Source of the DNA: the human T2T-CHM13v2.0 reference genome, Homo sapiens
DNA length: 64,000 bases
NCBI GenBank assembly: GCA_009914755.4
Contig: CP086569.2
Span: 20,608,001-20,672,000 of the forward strand
Reading direction: 5' to 3'
Shown here: positions 13,902-33,260 of the stretch, piece after piece
Numbering within the stretch: the first letter of the stretch is position 1
How the letters are laid out: the number at the start of each line of letters is the position of its first letter
Translations under genes and position numbers: made by a program
The notes under the pieces: model-generated
The model's database searches: none
What the model was told of the DNA's origin: nothing
Seen by the model: only the letters and a program-made list of their open reading frames with translations

Positions 13902-14049
13902 CTGGCCACCTGACCACTGACCAGCCCCAGGACTTGAGCAATACAAGCCTCCACCTCACTCAGGCAGTTCTTCAGTCGCTGAAGCAGCTCACTATTAGGA
14001 AACCTCCTCTCACGAGCCTCAGACTCCAGTGCCCTTAGCTCTTCAAAGC
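13902..14049 (-). CDS. KDM5D: KDM5D coding exon 17 ((S)[48 protein letters not shown] + 2 nt)
   Basis: Acceptor ctccag|GCTTTGAAG; donor GCC AG|gtacgt; 148 nt. It matches the minus ORF 13838..14224. Confidence 0.85.
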
Positions 14050-14159
14050 CTGGAGAGTGTAAGTTGCAACAGGTAGGCAGTGTTAGCAGAAAAGGAAGGT
14101 TGAGAATACCCAAAAGAAAGAAATAAGGCTTACACAAGGGTTCCTTCCATTTCCTGTCA

Positions 14160-14587
<428 letters not shown>

Positions 14588-14798
14588 CTAGGAGTAGGGT
14601 TGTGGACACCCCACCTCAGCCAACACTGAGCCCTGATGTGGACTCAACCTTGTAAGGAAAGCTGTAGAGAAATTGGAAGAAAAAATATAAACACATACAG
14701 ACTCTGTCTTTACATTTCAAAATGCATGACTTAAAGATCAGGCACACAGTGGTTACTCAATGTTGGTCTGTGTCTCTGTAACGTAATATATGTGACTA

Positions 14799-15265
<467 letters not shown>

Positions 15266-16499
15266 CTAAAAAGGAGAAAAAAGCAGAAAGAGGTGTGGGT
15301 CAGAACTAATGGGCCAGATGTGAACTCAAAGATGTCTCTAGATGCTGTAACAGATGTAGGAAGAGTGGAAAGGCTCTATCTTCAAGTACGTGTCCTAAAA
15401 GAAAAATGAGATTGTGAATTTAAAAGTGGTATTCATAGAAAAGTACTCAAAATATGTGTAATTCAAAAAACAAATATAGAGGGGTCCACGAACAAGTGAA
15501 AAGACTCTTTGCTTCTATAATCAAAGAAATGCAAATTTTTAAAGTCATAGAATTAAGTCACCAAAAATGATGAAGTTGGAAACTCCACAACTTTGTCCCT
15601 CTACTCAAACAATGATCTAGTGCTGAAATGTTCAGAGCAGTGCAATAAAATAAAATAAAATAAAAAACCCAAATCAGGAGAACACTTAATGGATTTTTAA
15701 AAGCTTTTACATTGTGGTACAAGAGTGCTATAATGCACTAAGTTCCCTGCATACACACACTTGCCCCAATTCCTATGTAAGCAGCTACTGTGGGAAAGCA
15801 ACCTGAGATGCTGGTGCAGCTGATTGGTGCCAGGAACCATGATGTGAACCTTTTTCCCGAAGAACTAAGGTGGTGTGTTTTGACTTGTCTGGTGGCTTCC
15901 TGGAGGACTACCTCAAGGGCCTGATTTTCTTTCACCTGCCTGACAGTTCGCTTAGAAGACAGGAGACTTCCCAGGCTGTGTTTTTGGAAAGTATAAAAAA
16001 GCAAACGTATTAGTCACAGCCACCTCCAGCTTTAAAATGGGGTGGTGGGGGTGGGGAGGAGAGAGAGAGAGAGAAAGAGAGAGACTAGAAAAACAACAGA
16101 TAATTTTAAGTGCCTGGGAGGCAAATCCTAGAGAAAGAGATATTTTGGGAAAAAGGGATTCTAAAAAAGCTTCCACGTAGTATTTGAGAACTGAGAAAGC
16201 CACATTAAACATCCAGGGCAAGATACATGCTCAGAAAAGATCTAAGACCCTAACGTCACCTCTATCTGACTTTCATGCTCTTCCGAAGCAGAAGGTGGAG
16301 TCTAAAATAGTTTTTAAAGTAGCCCCGAAAAAGTTTCACCAATCAGACACAATCTGCAAAGACTGGGTAGTTAATACTATTATTAGTTATTATCATTATT
16401 GTTTTGGCTTAAGAAAGAGTTTGTTAGGTTGGTAGATGACCAACAGGCTAACAGAAAGCAGAAAAAGAACATAAAACTAAAAGATTACTCACGTATACA

Positions 16500-17220
16500 A
16501 AGAATTGCTCACTATCTTTAGTTGTTAGGAAAATGCAAATCAAAACCACAAGATACTATTTCTTGCCACACAAGATACTATTTCTTGCCATACAAAAAGA
16601 GGTAGAAAATAACAGTGTTGGCAAGAATGCAGACATATTAGAACCCTTGAGCATGGCTGGTAAGAATGCAAAATGGCTATGACACTGCTATGGAAAGCAG
16701 TAAGTTCCTCAAAAAGTTGAAACAGAGAACTACCATATGACTGTCCAATACCACTTCTGGGTATATACCCAAAACTCTGAAAGGAAGAACTTGAACAAAT
16801 ATTTGCACACAGATGTTCACAGTAGAAATATTCACAATAGCTTAGTGGTGGAAACAACACAAATGTGCTTTAACAGACCCATGGATAAGTAGAATGTGAT
16901 CTGTCCATACAATGCAATATTATTCAGCCATGGAAAAGGAATAAAACTCTGACTCATGCCATAGCACAGATGAACTTTGAGAAGTCAGATACAAAAGATC
17001 ACATATTGTATGATTCCATTTATAAGAAATACGCAGAATAAATTCATAGAAACAGAAAGTAAACCTGTGGTCCAAGGTTAGAAGCAGGGATGAATGAGAA
17101 ATAAATTGTATTGAGACTTTTCTGGAGAAATTAAAATGTTTTAGAATTAAGTAGACACGGTGGTTGCACAACACTGTGAATGTACTAAATGAGACCAAAC
17201 TGTTCGGTTTAAGATGGTTC
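16500..17220 (+). mobile_element. Old L1 (L1M-like) 3' fragment, + orientation, with an internal 22-bp tandem duplication (cacaagatactatttcttgcca twice)
   Basis: ORF2-C-terminus-like translations (…WLGMQNGYDTAMESSKFLKKLKQRTTI…) and overall diverged L1 3' similarity. Confidence 0.55.
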
Positions 17221-17434
17221 GTTTTGTGTTATGTGAATTTCACCTTTAAAACATATCCCCCAAAAAAACCAGTTCAGAAAATTTACTAACCAAACAACAA
17301 CTATTGTACATAAAAGCAACAACAAATTTTTTGAGAGAAGACAAGGGGGATAATACGATTTTCAGAGTTGAAGCAATACTCTGAAAAGTGTTCAGTTTAA
17401 AACATTAGTAGGCATACAAAGAAAAGAAGTATAG

Positions 17435-17793
<359 letters not shown>

Positions 17794-17889
17794 TTACTAA
17801 AGTCTATCAACTCTCAAACAGGCTTAAATGCCTTAAGAAGCAACACACAAAGGACTAATGGGTATCAGGAGAATAATGTCCCTCCAAAT

Positions 17890-18720
17890 AAGAGTTTCAA
17901 GAAAGGCACTAAAATTACAAAAATGAAACAAGTCAAAATTCTGAAGCTCTCAGTCCCATAGCAGAAGTGAAAAACTCACAAGATGGTTTCAACAGGAGCT
18001 TTGAGCAGGCAGAAGAAAGAATCAGAAAACTCTAAGACATGTCAATTGAAATAAATCAGCAGGGGGTAAAAAGAGAAGAATATTAATCAGATCCTAAGAG
18101 ACCTGTGTAACACCATCAAGTGCACCCATATATGCAGAATGGGAATTTCGTAAGAAAAGAGAAGGAAAAAGGCAGAACAGTTGAAGCAAAAATGGTTAAA
18201 CAATTTCCAAATTTGTGGAAAGCCCTGAAAGTCTACAACCAAGAAGCTCAGTGCACTCCAACTAGATAAACTCCAGGAGACACAACATAGTCGAACCAAC
18301 AAAAGGTAAGACACCAAGATGGAGTTTGAAAGCAGTATGACAGACATGATTCTTCGCATATAATGGATGCTTAATAGAATTATCAATAGATTTCTCATTA
18401 GAAATAACGGAGGCCAGAAGCCAGTTGGATGACACGTTAAAAGTCATGCAATGGGAAAAAAAATTAAATAAATTGACAGAGAATTAAAAATTGTGGAAGT
18501 ATGTCTCCAGAAGATGTGCCTACAGGGAAAACAGAAGGACTCCTTCAGGCTGACATGAAAGGATATTACTGAGTAGTTCAGAGCTACATAAAGAAAGTAA
18601 TACCCCTGAGAAAGGCAACTATAAAAAAAATATAAAAGTTAGTATTACATATACAGCACGAGAGACAAAAAAAATATAGTTAGTTCAGAACTAGAATCAG
18701 AAAGCAAGACAAATGGTGTT
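17890..18720 (+). mobile_element. Old L1 fragment covering the ORF1 region, + orientation
   Basis: Translation resembles L1 ORF1p (…FPNLWKALKVYNQEAQCTPTR…) and is highly decayed. Confidence 0.5.
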
Positions 18721-19421
18721 AATTAGATTGCTTGATGAGCTCATTATCATCAATATATTTTTCTTGTGAGACGAGGAATACTAGGAAAAAAAAGGTACAA
18801 GTTAGAATTCATAAAATGTATAAAATGTCAGGAAACGAAGAGGGCCTTTGGAGACATGAAGCACATTTTGTTGAGATGAAAAAACTGAGGAAGATGGCCA
18901 GGAAAGTTATAAAAGCTTATAAAGCGGTTAACTCAAAGCTTACAGAATTTCAAAGGAGAAAAGGCATAGCATGTAACAAGACAGTGACCCAGTCCATGTA
19001 CCACATACACATTGCTAGCTTATTCTTTAGCAAAATGAGCTGATACAATCCACTCCTAGAAATACTCAAAAGTCTGAAACCAGTCCCTCCTGGGTTTTGC
19101 AAAGTAAGAATTATATTCAGAAATATTAAGAGAAAACCAATCCTAGACTAGAAGGCAGATAAAAAGGCCAGGATCCAAGTTTTAATTTCTATTCTGTTAA
19201 GTAATTATCTAATCTCTCTTTTACTTGTTCTCTTAAGTGTCCCAGCTAACGGTACTGATCTGCAACTTGAAGTCAGCAAGGGAAGGCAAAGAGGTGTGAT
19301 GCTAAGCCTAATCTCCATAGCAAAATGGATATGGTTTTATTTCTTCCAAAACTAAGTTCTTTCTCATTCCCTTCTCACCCCAGGGAAGAAAATTAAAATT
19401 GTTTTGATCCTTGGTACTTAC

Positions 19422-19584
19422 TGGCACACCATGGGACATCAAAGTGTTGGGATTCATGAGAGTGACAAGCTGGTGTAGGAGATCAGGCTGGCTATCAAAC
19501 AGCTCAGGTGTCAGCATCTTCATCACCTCCTCCAAATGCTCTGCTGCCAGGGAGGGTACACCATACCAGGTCTTCGGCTCACCC
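19422..19584 (-). CDS. KDM5D: KDM5D coding exon 12 ((W)[54 protein letters not shown]; JmjC)
   Basis: Acceptor agcag|GGGTGAGCC; donor CCA|gtaagt; 163 nt (1+162). It matches the minus ORF 19308..19682. Confidence 0.88.
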
Positions 19585-19678
19585 CTGCTCACGTAGACAG
19601 AAGACACGTCAAGTCTATATACATCGTTGCATATGAGGGCAGTCTTGATATCCAACTGAGCCATTGGGGTCATGCTCA

Positions 19679-19984
<306 letters not shown>

Positions 19985-20199
19985 TCACAAGAGGTCCATA
20001 TTGTAAACTCAAAAATAATGCCCTGTTTTGCCACTGTCAACTAACACAGTGCCGGAGGTCCCAGCCAGAGCAATGAGGCAGGAAAAGAAATTAAAAAAAC
20101 ATTCAAATTGGAAAAGAGAAAGTTATGTTATCCCTGTTTGAAGATTTATAAAAAAGTCTTAAAGAAAACACTTCTTTTTTAAGAGGATGCTAAGGCCTC

Positions 20200-22915
<2,716 letters not shown>

Positions 22916-22916
22916 A

Positions 22917-25265
22917 ATGATCAAGTCAGCTTCATCCCTGGGATACAAGACTGGTTCAACATACACAAATCAATAAACACAATCCATCACGTAAGCAGAA
23001 CCAATGACAAAAACCACATGATTATCTCAATAGATTCAGAAAAGGCCTTCAACAAAATTCAATAGTCCTTCCTGCTAAAAACTCTCAATAAATTAGGTAT
23101 TGATGGAACATTATCTCAAAATAATAACAGCTATTTATGACAAACCCACAGCCAATGTCATACTGAATGGGCAAAAACTGGAAGCATTCCTTCTGAAAAC
23201 TGGCATAAGACAAGGATGCCCTCTCTCACTACTCTTATTCAACACAGTATTGGAAGTTCTGGCCAGGGCAATCAAGCAAGAGAAAGAAATAAACAATATT
23301 CAATTAGGAAAAGAGGAAGTCAAATTGTCTCTGTTTGCAGATGACATGGTTATATATTTAGAAAACCCCATCGTCTCAGCCCAAAATCTCCTTAAGCTGA
23401 TAAGCAACTTTATCAGGATACAAAATCAATGTGCCAAAATCACAAGCATCCCTATACACCAATAACAGACAAAGAGAGAGTCAAATCATGAGTGAACTCC
23501 CATTCACTATTGCTACAAAGATAATAAAATACCTAAGAATACAACTTACAAGGGATATGAAAGACCTACTCAAGGAGGACTACAAAGCACTGCTCAAGGA
23601 AATCAGAGAGGACACAAACAAATGGAGAAACATTCCATGCTCATGAATAGGAAGAATCAATATCGTGAAAATGGCCATACTGCCCAAAGTAACTTACAGA
23701 TTCAATGCTATACCCATCAAGCTACCACTGACTTTCTTCACAAAACTGGAACAAACTACTTTCAATTTCATACAGAATGAAAAAAGAGCCTGCATAGCCA
23801 AGAGACAATCCAAAGCCAAAAGAACAAAGCTGGAGACATCAAGCTACCTGACTTCAAACTATAGTACAAGGCAACAGCAAGAAAAACAGCATGGTACTGG
23901 TACCAAAACAGATATACAGACCAACTGAACAGAAGAGAGGCCTCAGAAATAACACCACCCATCAACAACCATCTGATATTTAATACACCTGACACAAACA
24001 AGCAATGGGCTTAATAAATGGTGTTGGGAAAACTGGCTAGCCATATGCAGAAAGCTAAAACTTGATCCCTTCCTTACACCTTATACAAAAATTAACTCAA
24101 GATGGTTTAAAGAATTAAACATGAGACCTAAAACCATAAAAACCCTAGAAGAAAACCTAGGCAATACCATTCAGGACATAGGCATGGACAAAGACTTCAT
24201 GTCTAAAACACCAAAAGCAATGTCAACAAAAGCCAAAATTAACAAATGGGATCTAATTAAACTAAAGAGTTTGTGCACAGCAAAAGAAACTATCATCAGG
24301 GTGACAGGCCAGGAACCTACAGAATGGGAGAAAATTTTTGTTATCTATCCATCCGATAAAGGGCTAATATCAAGAATCTACAAAGAACTTAAACAACTTT
24401 ACAAGAATAAAAAAAAAAACATGAAAAAGTGACCGAAAGATATGAACAGACACTTCTCAAAAGAAGACATTTATGCAGCCAACAAATATATTTCAAAAGA
24501 GCTCATCATCACTGGTCATTAGGGAAATGCAAATCAAAACCACAATGAAATACCATCTTACGGCAGTTAGAATGGCAATCATTAAAAAGTCAGGAAACAA
24601 CAGATGCTGGAGAGGATGTGGACAAACAACACTTTTACAATATTGGTGGGAGTATAAATTAGTTCAACCATTGTGGAAGACAATGTGGCGATTCCTCAAG
24701 GATCTAGAACTAGAAATACCATTTGACCCAGCAATCCCATTACTGGGTATACACCCAGAGGATTATAAATCATTCTACTATAAAGACACATGCAAATGTA
24801 TGTTTAATGCAGCACTGTTCACAATAGCAAAGACTTGGAACCAACCCAAATGTCCATCAATGATAGACTGGATTAAAAAAATGTTGCACATATACACCAT
24901 GGAATACTTTGCAATCATAAAAAAGGATGAGTTCATGACCTTTGCAGGGACATGGATGAAGCTGGTAATAGCATTCTCAGCAAACTAACACAAGAACAGA
25001 AGAACAAACACCGTATGTGCTCACTCCTAAGTGGGAGTTAAACAATGAGAACACATAGACACAGGGCAGGGAACATCTGTCTGTCAGGGCTGGGGGGCCT
25101 GTCAGGGCTGGGGGACTAGGGGAGGGACAGCATTAGGGAAAATACCTAAGGTAGGTAGATCACAGATTGATGAGTGCAGCAAACCACCATGGCACATGCA
25201 TACCTATGTAACAAACCTGCACATTCTGCACATGCACCCAGAACTTAATGTATAATTAAAAAATA
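22917..25265 (+). mobile_element. 5'-truncated L1 (L1P-like), ORF2 RT/C-terminal region plus 3'UTR, + orientation
   Basis: Track ORFs 23100..23465, 23665..23928, 24121..24432 and 24473..24988 are all L1 ORF2 (…[12 protein letters not shown]…, …[12 protein letters not shown]…). The element ends with an A-rich tail at about 25250. Confidence 0.85.
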
Positions 25266-26906
25266 AATAAATAAACTACAGAATAATAGGAGAATTTTTG
25301 GTCAAATAAAAGGCCATATTATATTTCTTTTGATAAAAGTATCATGTGTTCAGTATGTTTTATTATTTGAAATAATTAACATGACAGGAATATATTTGAA
25401 AAAAATTCCAAAAAAAGCTAAATATACAAACTAAGAAAATTATATGATTATACTTATCTGCAGTATTGTAAAACAATAGTTCCAAAAACTTCTGAATTAC
25501 AAGTTTAATACATACAACTTCAATTTTCAACTACATTGTGGTTAGACGTTCAGAGGAATCACAAAGGACCTCAACATGCTAGATAAGAAAATGTATTTTT
25601 TAAATGTTTTGGCTCAGCTGCTTAGAAAATAAGGAAAATCCTCAGAGAATAACACTAAGAAATAACATGTACAAATTAAAGTTCTGAAACTGATGACAAT
25701 TCGGGTCAACCATAAAAGAGAAAATTTGGAGCTTCCAAAGAAGGTCATATTAGGGTCTTTAACTTACAACGTGACAGTACTATTATCCTTTTAGCTATAA
25801 AACTGAAGGAGGTGAAAAACATCCTGAAGAAACAGATATTAAATACTTTCCTTATCTTGGTACTGTTTCCACAAGAAGAAAAGGAAAGATACTCCTAAGA
25901 GTTCTTATCTATCAGCCATCCACACAAGAATTCATATTTACTTGAAAACACAACTATTCACATTTACTTGGAAATGTGAAGCTAAAAATTTTTTATCGTC
26001 TTAAGGGAATCCTTAACATTAAACAGAAACAGTCTATTCTGTAGCTGGACATTAAAATCTAGGTTTCTGAAAAAATTCCCATACATGTTGTTCAAAGAAA
26101 TACAAGTTCATCAGAAAACAAAAACAACAGCAACGAAAAACACTAATTAAATCAAAGCCATAAAATATGGAGCGGGGGTTGTAAAATGAGTAAAAATTTG
26201 TTGAGAAAACATCAAGCTATAATTAGTTCTCAGAATATGCTATAATAACTAGGTGTTGAAGATAAAATCAGTTTAATTTAAATAAGAGGATAAAAGAAGT
26301 ATGAGCAGAAAAAGGTTTTCAATATTAACTAGGAAAGTCTGAAAAATAATCAGAAATTCTAAAGATAAAAACATAACATTAAAAATTATAAACTAAGTTG
26401 TTTAATAGATTAGGTATTTTAAAAACTGGTGCATTTTTAAGTTGCTTTAAGTAAGTTACTTAAAAGACAACAGCAGCAAAAGAATTAAAAAAAAATGAAA
26501 GGTGAAGAAACACATACAAGAGAACCTTAGAACAGTAAGGTTCTAGCTAACAGGAGAAATAAATTACAGACTGTAAAAGTTGATGACCAAGAATTTTTCA
26601 GAAGTGGTAAAAGCTGAATTCTCAAGTTTGAGAATTCCTATCTATTCCCAGAAATATTAAGTAAAAAGTCACATTCCACACATCAAGAAAACTTGCAAGA
26701 CACTAAAAGAGATATTATAGCAGTCAAATAGAAAAAGCAAAATAGACTACTACAAATTAATGTAAGATTCAGAATTGACTTGTCAAAAGCCAAAACAGAT
26801 TTCTAATGTACTGTGAAAAGACAATTATCAAACCACATCCGTATATATACAGAGAAATACCTTTATAAGAATAAAAATTCACAAATGCCTCTGTTCAATA
26901 AATGTC

Positions 26907-27207
26907 TTTTTTTCTTTTTTCTTTTCTGGGCAGAGATTCACGCTGTCACCCAGGCTGGACTGCAATGGTGCGATCTCGGCTCACTGCAAGCTCTGCCTCC
27001 CAAGTTCATGCCACTCTTCCACCTCAGCCTCCCTAACAGCTGTGACTACAGGTGCCCGCCACCACGCCTGGCTAATTTTTTGTATTTTTAATAGAGACAT
27101 GGTTTCACTGTGTTAGCCAGGATGGTCTTGATTTCCTGACCTCGTGATCCACCTGCCTCGGCCTCCCAAAGTGCTGAGATTACAGGCGTGAGCCACTGCG
27201 CCTGGGC
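26907..27207 (-). mobile_element. Alu, minus orientation
   Basis: Poly-T at 26907, then reverse-complement Alu consensus, ending …ggcgtgagccactgcgcctgggc. Confidence 0.9.
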
Positions 27208-27460
27208 TTTTTAAGAAATTTCTAAAGAATTTACTTCAGCAACAAAGAAAATGGTTGCAAGAATTTCAAATAATCAAAAGAAAAAATCATGTGTGGATAA
27301 ATCTATATGCAGTATAAAAACAAAAACAGCATCCATTTTGTTGAGCAAAAAGCTTTAAAAACATGCACAAAAATTTTATAGGTCAGAAGAGAACTGAAGA
27401 GTAAGTTATATAGTCTAATATTACTTGGGAGAAGTAAAAAAAAAATTAAATGTTAGGTTA

Positions 27461-27829
<369 letters not shown>

Positions 27830-30321
27830 CTAAACTTACAAGTGGCTAAAATGGAATAAGAAAGGCAAAAAAAAGATAACAGAAAAGGCAGCAGAAACTA
27901 AGTTCAAAATAAGATAGCAAAAAATGGATGCAATCATCAGTCACAATAAATGAAAATTAACTAATTAAAAAATAAAAACTCACTGGATTAAAAAAATCAA
28001 TTCTGCATTAGTTACAAGTTAAACATTTAAAGCCTATGTATACAGAAAGATAAACTAGATCTAAGATCCAAAGGAAACTAGCAGGAACGGGACTGAGGGG
28101 CAGTATAGAGACCAAAGTATTTATTTGTTTTATAAAAGTTAAAAAATTAATACCAGTACAAATTCATTATGAAAGGGGTTAATACAAATATTCTGCATAT
28201 ACTCAAATATCTATACACATATATATGTATTAGTTAAGCATAAATGGTGTGTCCAATAATTTAGCAGATGGGATAATCTGATGCTCTTAAAGGCTTGCCA
28301 TTGGAATAAGCTAATGGAAAGTGTTTGACCTTAGTAATCAATGAAATAGTGCTACGTGGGAACATATCATACCCACAAAAGTAGGTAACAGTATGAAGTG
28401 CTCTGTTAAACATATGGATGACCAGTTCTCTCATTAGTTTCAGTGTAACCTGTCAGAATCCTTTTGTAAAACAATTCAGAGTATCGTTCAATTCCACTTC
28501 TAAACATAGAACCTAGAAACTGTTGTTTCAGGAGACCTGTAAAACAATGCTCATACACTGTTAGTAACAGCTAAACACCAGAAGCAATCCACAGAAAGAA
28601 AGATAAATGAGATGTAATCCCAGCATGCAATATTATATAATAGTGAAAAAACAGATAATTTAAAGCTATGAGCAACAATATAAATGAATTTTCCTAACAC
28701 AATACTGACAGAACAAGTCAGAGAACACACAACGTAACATTAGCAAAGCTTGAAAATTAATATTCTTTTTAAAAATACATACATATGTAATCAAACACTA
28801 CACTTTTTTTTATTATGACAAACCCATGACGGTGGAACATTTAGGTGTTAGTGGAGAGAAAGAGGGAGGTATGACTTGCAGAAAAGCCTGTGGAGAGATA
28901 TTATCTCACAAAACTTCAATTCTTATGTTCAAAAGTTAGCTCAGGGATATTACTTAATACCATGCTTTATACCGACAAAAGGACTTGTCTATGGCTTCAA
29001 AATACAATTTGTTTTTTGGTTGTTTCAAAAAGGGAATTAGAAACAGACCAAAGTTACCAATGGAGGCTATAGGTGATTGCCTTCCAATTACTTAATTTAT
29101 AGTTTCAATCCCTCAGTAATTTTAACTTACTTCTATTTTAAGAACTATAACCAAACTATCTGTAAGACTTTTAAGCACTATCATACTCAGCTACACATCT
29201 CTTAACAAAAGAGGTAAATTTTGTCCTTTTTTGAACGTCATAGAGTATACTCACACAAACCAAGAAGAAACAATCTACTACATACCTACGCTATATGGTA
29301 TATAACTATTGCTCCTAGGCTACAAATTAGTGCGACACTATTGTACTGAATATTATAGGCCATGTAACACAATGGTTTAAGTATCTGTGCCTCTAAACAC
29401 AGAAAAGATATAGTGAAAGTACAGTATTGCTCCTTTATTAAACTCAAAATGTTATGCAGCATATGACCGACTATAAAATAGCGCTTATCCAGATACAGAC
29501 ATCTCCATGAACAAACAGTATATATACAGAAAAATCAGAGTAAGACTTCCTAAAAATGTTAGTCACAGCTATTAGCTAAGTTTATCCTCAAACCACTATT
29601 TTTTCTGTCTGGATCAACCCTCTTGTAAGACTAATCTATATACAATGCCAAATACTAATTCTTTTGGTTCTGGCCAACATGGTAAAACAGGAAATAGAAT
29701 TAATTTCTCAAATGTTCAAATAATGCATAAGGACGGCTACATTTTAGCTTTCTCTCCCCAAATTATGTTACTTCAGGCATTATTTTTTTTGGTTCTCCAC
29801 TACAGGAGAAATGTAAATGTGATGAGTCAGAATTTAGGATGGCTGTATGGGTTTCTTTGACTAATACAAGAAATCACTTTGTAATGAATGAAATCAGTGG
29901 TTTCTGCATTACTCCGTATGTTCGACATGAACACAAATTGATACACTTAACAAAGATACTTCTTTCCGCCCTTCCAAATATTTCAAAATAAGCTGGTCAT
30001 AGTACTTGCTTTTCATAAAAAGATGGTAAGCTTCCAATATTTAGATTTAAGGAAAGGTGAAGGAACACTATAGCTCTTCATTGATAATATCAAGATTTAT
30101 ACTGTTCCTTTTATCTATCTCCATCAGAGTTTCAAGAGAAAAAAAATACGATGACTGTCCATATTCCGGTTCACTGACAGATCATGAACCAGTATCATCA
30201 AACCTCATTATTATCCGAAATATGTGAAGACAACACTGTGTGGGAGAACCTAGGAAAGTAATTTTACATGCTAAAATGAGTTTCCCTAGTTAATGTTAAC
30301 ATGAACTACCAACCGTATTAC

Positions 30322-30480
30322 CTTCTCCTCAGGAGATAAGTTTTGTTTGCTATTGCTGACAGGAAAGCCACTGCCAAATTCTTTGGAATGAATATCAGCT
30401 CCATATTCAACTGTCACGTCTTCCTCAATGCTGCTCACCAGCCTCCAGAATTCCTTCTCTACAAGTTCTGTAGGCACCAT
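30322..30480 (-). CDS. KDM5D: KDM5D coding exon 10 ([53 protein letters not shown])
   Basis: Acceptor tcacag|ATGGTGCCT; donor AAG|gtaata; 159 nt. It matches the minus ORF 30286..30516. Confidence 0.87.
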
Positions 30481-30595
30481 CTGTGAAAACACATGTAAAA
30501 GGTTATCATAGCCCACTATACTTTGGACTCATGTCTCCATGAGAACTAAGACTACCACAACAGAATCCCTATAGTCCAGCCCTCAGATCACATAC

Positions 30596-30715
30596 ATGTA
30601 CAGGCATGTTGAAGTAGTCGGACTTGAAGGAATCAGCCATTTCACCAAAACTCTGCAAACTGTACTCCTGGGTAGCCTGTTCAAATCCAAAAGCTTCAGG
30701 AGGCTGTTTACACTC
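30596..30715 (-). CDS. KDM5D: KDM5D coding exon 9 ([40 protein letters not shown])
   Basis: Acceptor ttcag|GAGTGTAAA; donor CAT|gtatgt; 120 nt. Confidence 0.85.
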
Positions 30716-31133
30716 CTGAAATAAAATATATTTCAGCAAGACAAAGGGAATAAAGATCCAAAAAAACAGGAGAGCTAAGGGGAGATAAATTTTTCATGTT
30801 ACATTCAATATCTCATGCAATAATTCTGCATTTTCATATGTTTCCAGGTAGGTTTGTTTCTTCAGTAGGTATTAAACATTATTTTATAATCTTTCCTTAC
30901 ATGCTTCATGCCATTTGAATTATAGTCCCTTGCCTCTGGTTCAGTCAAGTCTCTATCATTCTAGAGTTAGTGTGTTCAATCGTTCTTGTATAGTAGCTCA
31001 CTGATAGCTTAATCAAAACCTAACACAAATATTAACTTATAAAAGGGCAGAAACTACCTTCCCAAAACCCAGAAGGGGAGATTACAGAAAATCACCAACC
31101 AAAAATAAAGCATCTGTGACAGACAGATCTTAC

Positions 31134-31292
31134 CGCCAAGATACATTTTGGGCACCTCCAGATGCCTCTGGGGATTTCAGGAAGGGGTGGTAACAAGCAG
31201 AAGATGTGGTAATTGTCATCACAGCCATCACAGAAAAGAAGCTTATCATCTTCATCCCCACGGGAGCATACTTGGCAAATATATGAGTCAAT
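31134..31292 (-). CDS. KDM5D: KDM5D coding exon 8 ([56 protein letters not shown] finger 1)
   Basis: Acceptor ctag|ATTGACTCA; donor TTGGCG|gtaaga; 159 nt. It has the Cys4-His-Cys3 PHD spacing. Confidence 0.88.
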
Positions 31293-32007
31293 CTACCAAA
31301 AAAAAAAAAAAAGTAAAAAATTTAGCTGCTTGTTCCCTGACACCTTATCGCAGGTTTCTAGACCATTCATGAACATCTATCATTAGTCAATAACTATACA
31401 GTGTTGTATTTATGAGCTTACTACCTAGTGCAAACTATGACAGGAAATAATTACACTATAATACAGTAAGTTAATAAAGAAACCATGGGGGCAAAGTAGA
31501 CTTTTTATAGAGGTTCAACGGCGTAAACAAAAATCATAAAGGTATAAAGCAGCATAGATCAGAGAATTACATAGTTAAAAATTTATCTGGCACAGAGGGC
31601 AAGTTGAACATAAAAAGGTCAAGTGACCGAATATCCAGTTATAGTTGTTCCTCTGTTGAAAAGTTTGATAGACATATACTTTCATTATAAAGGGTTATCT
31701 TAGATTAGATGATGAATTATAAATAGTCACTCAAGTAGTATGTCACAGAAGAGAAACATGAAGCAAAGGCTAAATAACTTGATTCTTACATACTATTGAA
31801 AAAAATCTAGTAATAATTACCAGTTTAAAAAGAAAACGCAGTGGTAAGATTTTTAGCAGGGTACACTTACATTTTGAAAAAATTACCTTCAATAAGTAGG
31901 ATGGGCTTTTCTACAAGAATCTAGAAGTAAACTGATCAATAAAGAGAAAATTTTAAAGATAACTCAAGAGCAGAAGAAACTGTGTGAAAATATAAATATA
32001 TTTTTAA

Positions 32008-32110
32008 ATATATATACACACAAACATACACACACAAATTATATGTGTATATATACATATATACATGCATATATACACATACATATGCACGCATATACAC
32101 ACATGCATAT
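32008..32110. repeat. (CA)n/(TA)n-rich imperfect microsatellite
   Basis: tatatacacacaaacatacacacacaaattatatgtgtatatatacatatatacatgcatatatacacatacatatgcac…. Confidence 0.85.
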
Positions 32111-32139
32111 GACAAATCAGAATATTTATAAACATAAGA

Positions 32140-32445
<306 letters not shown>

Positions 32446-32499
32446 CAGAATTATCAGGAAAAGGTTTCATAAAATAAAAATCTTTTAAACTTATGAAAG

Positions 32500-33260
32500 A
32501 TGCTCAATATAAAAAACTGTAAACCAGGGAAATGCAAATAAAAATTACAATGAAATACTACACACCTCCCAGAATGGCTAAAATGAAAACAAAACTGTCA
32601 ATTCTAAGTGTTAGTGAGGACATGTGGTAACCAGAACTGGCATCCAATACTAGCTGATAAACTCGTCAATCATTTGTAAAAACAGTCTGACAATAATCCA
32701 CTAGTGAAAATATACATAGTCTCAGTCACAGCAATTCTATCCTGTCTATCTAGGTAACAGAAATGTCTACATACGTTACCTAGAAACATATACTTTAATA
32801 TCCACAGAATTACTTGAAATAGCCAAAAATTGGTAACTACCAAAAGTTGAATGGTAAAACAGATAGAAAAAAAGCTATGCCTAACAAAACTACACTTAAT
32901 AGAACACAAGCGTGAGCATTAATAGAACCATATAAATGCATTTTTTGAACCACTAAAAGAAGAAGCCAATACAAAAGAGGTGATTAATTGAAAGTACACG
33001 AACAAGTAAAAGTAATCCAGATATTTTTGTGTATGGGTGATACACAGAAATAAAAACAAAAGCAATGGAATGAAGTTAACTACTAGCTGTAAGGGTTAGA
33101 AAGTAGTGATCAATGACTCCTACACTTCCAGACTGATGACAGCTCTACCTTGTGTCTATAAAATGCAAAACAGTGAGACAAGTGGGAACAGGACAGTGGT
33201 AGTAAACATGATCTCCCAATCATCAGGTGGAAATGACTAAGAGAAACACAGGAATTTGCA
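32500..33260 (+). mobile_element. Old L1/LINE fragment (3' region), + orientation
   Basis: gaaatgcaaataaaaattacaatgaaatactacacacctcccagaatggctaaaatgaaaa…, an L1 ORF2 MQIKTTMRYH-type remnant. Diverged. Confidence 0.5.

Noticed and set aside
23100-24988. Plus-strand ORFs 23100..23465, 24121..24432 and 24473..24988 as genes within the KDM5D intron
   Set aside because: They are L1 ORF2 reverse-transcriptase and C-terminal remnants of a 5'-truncated L1.
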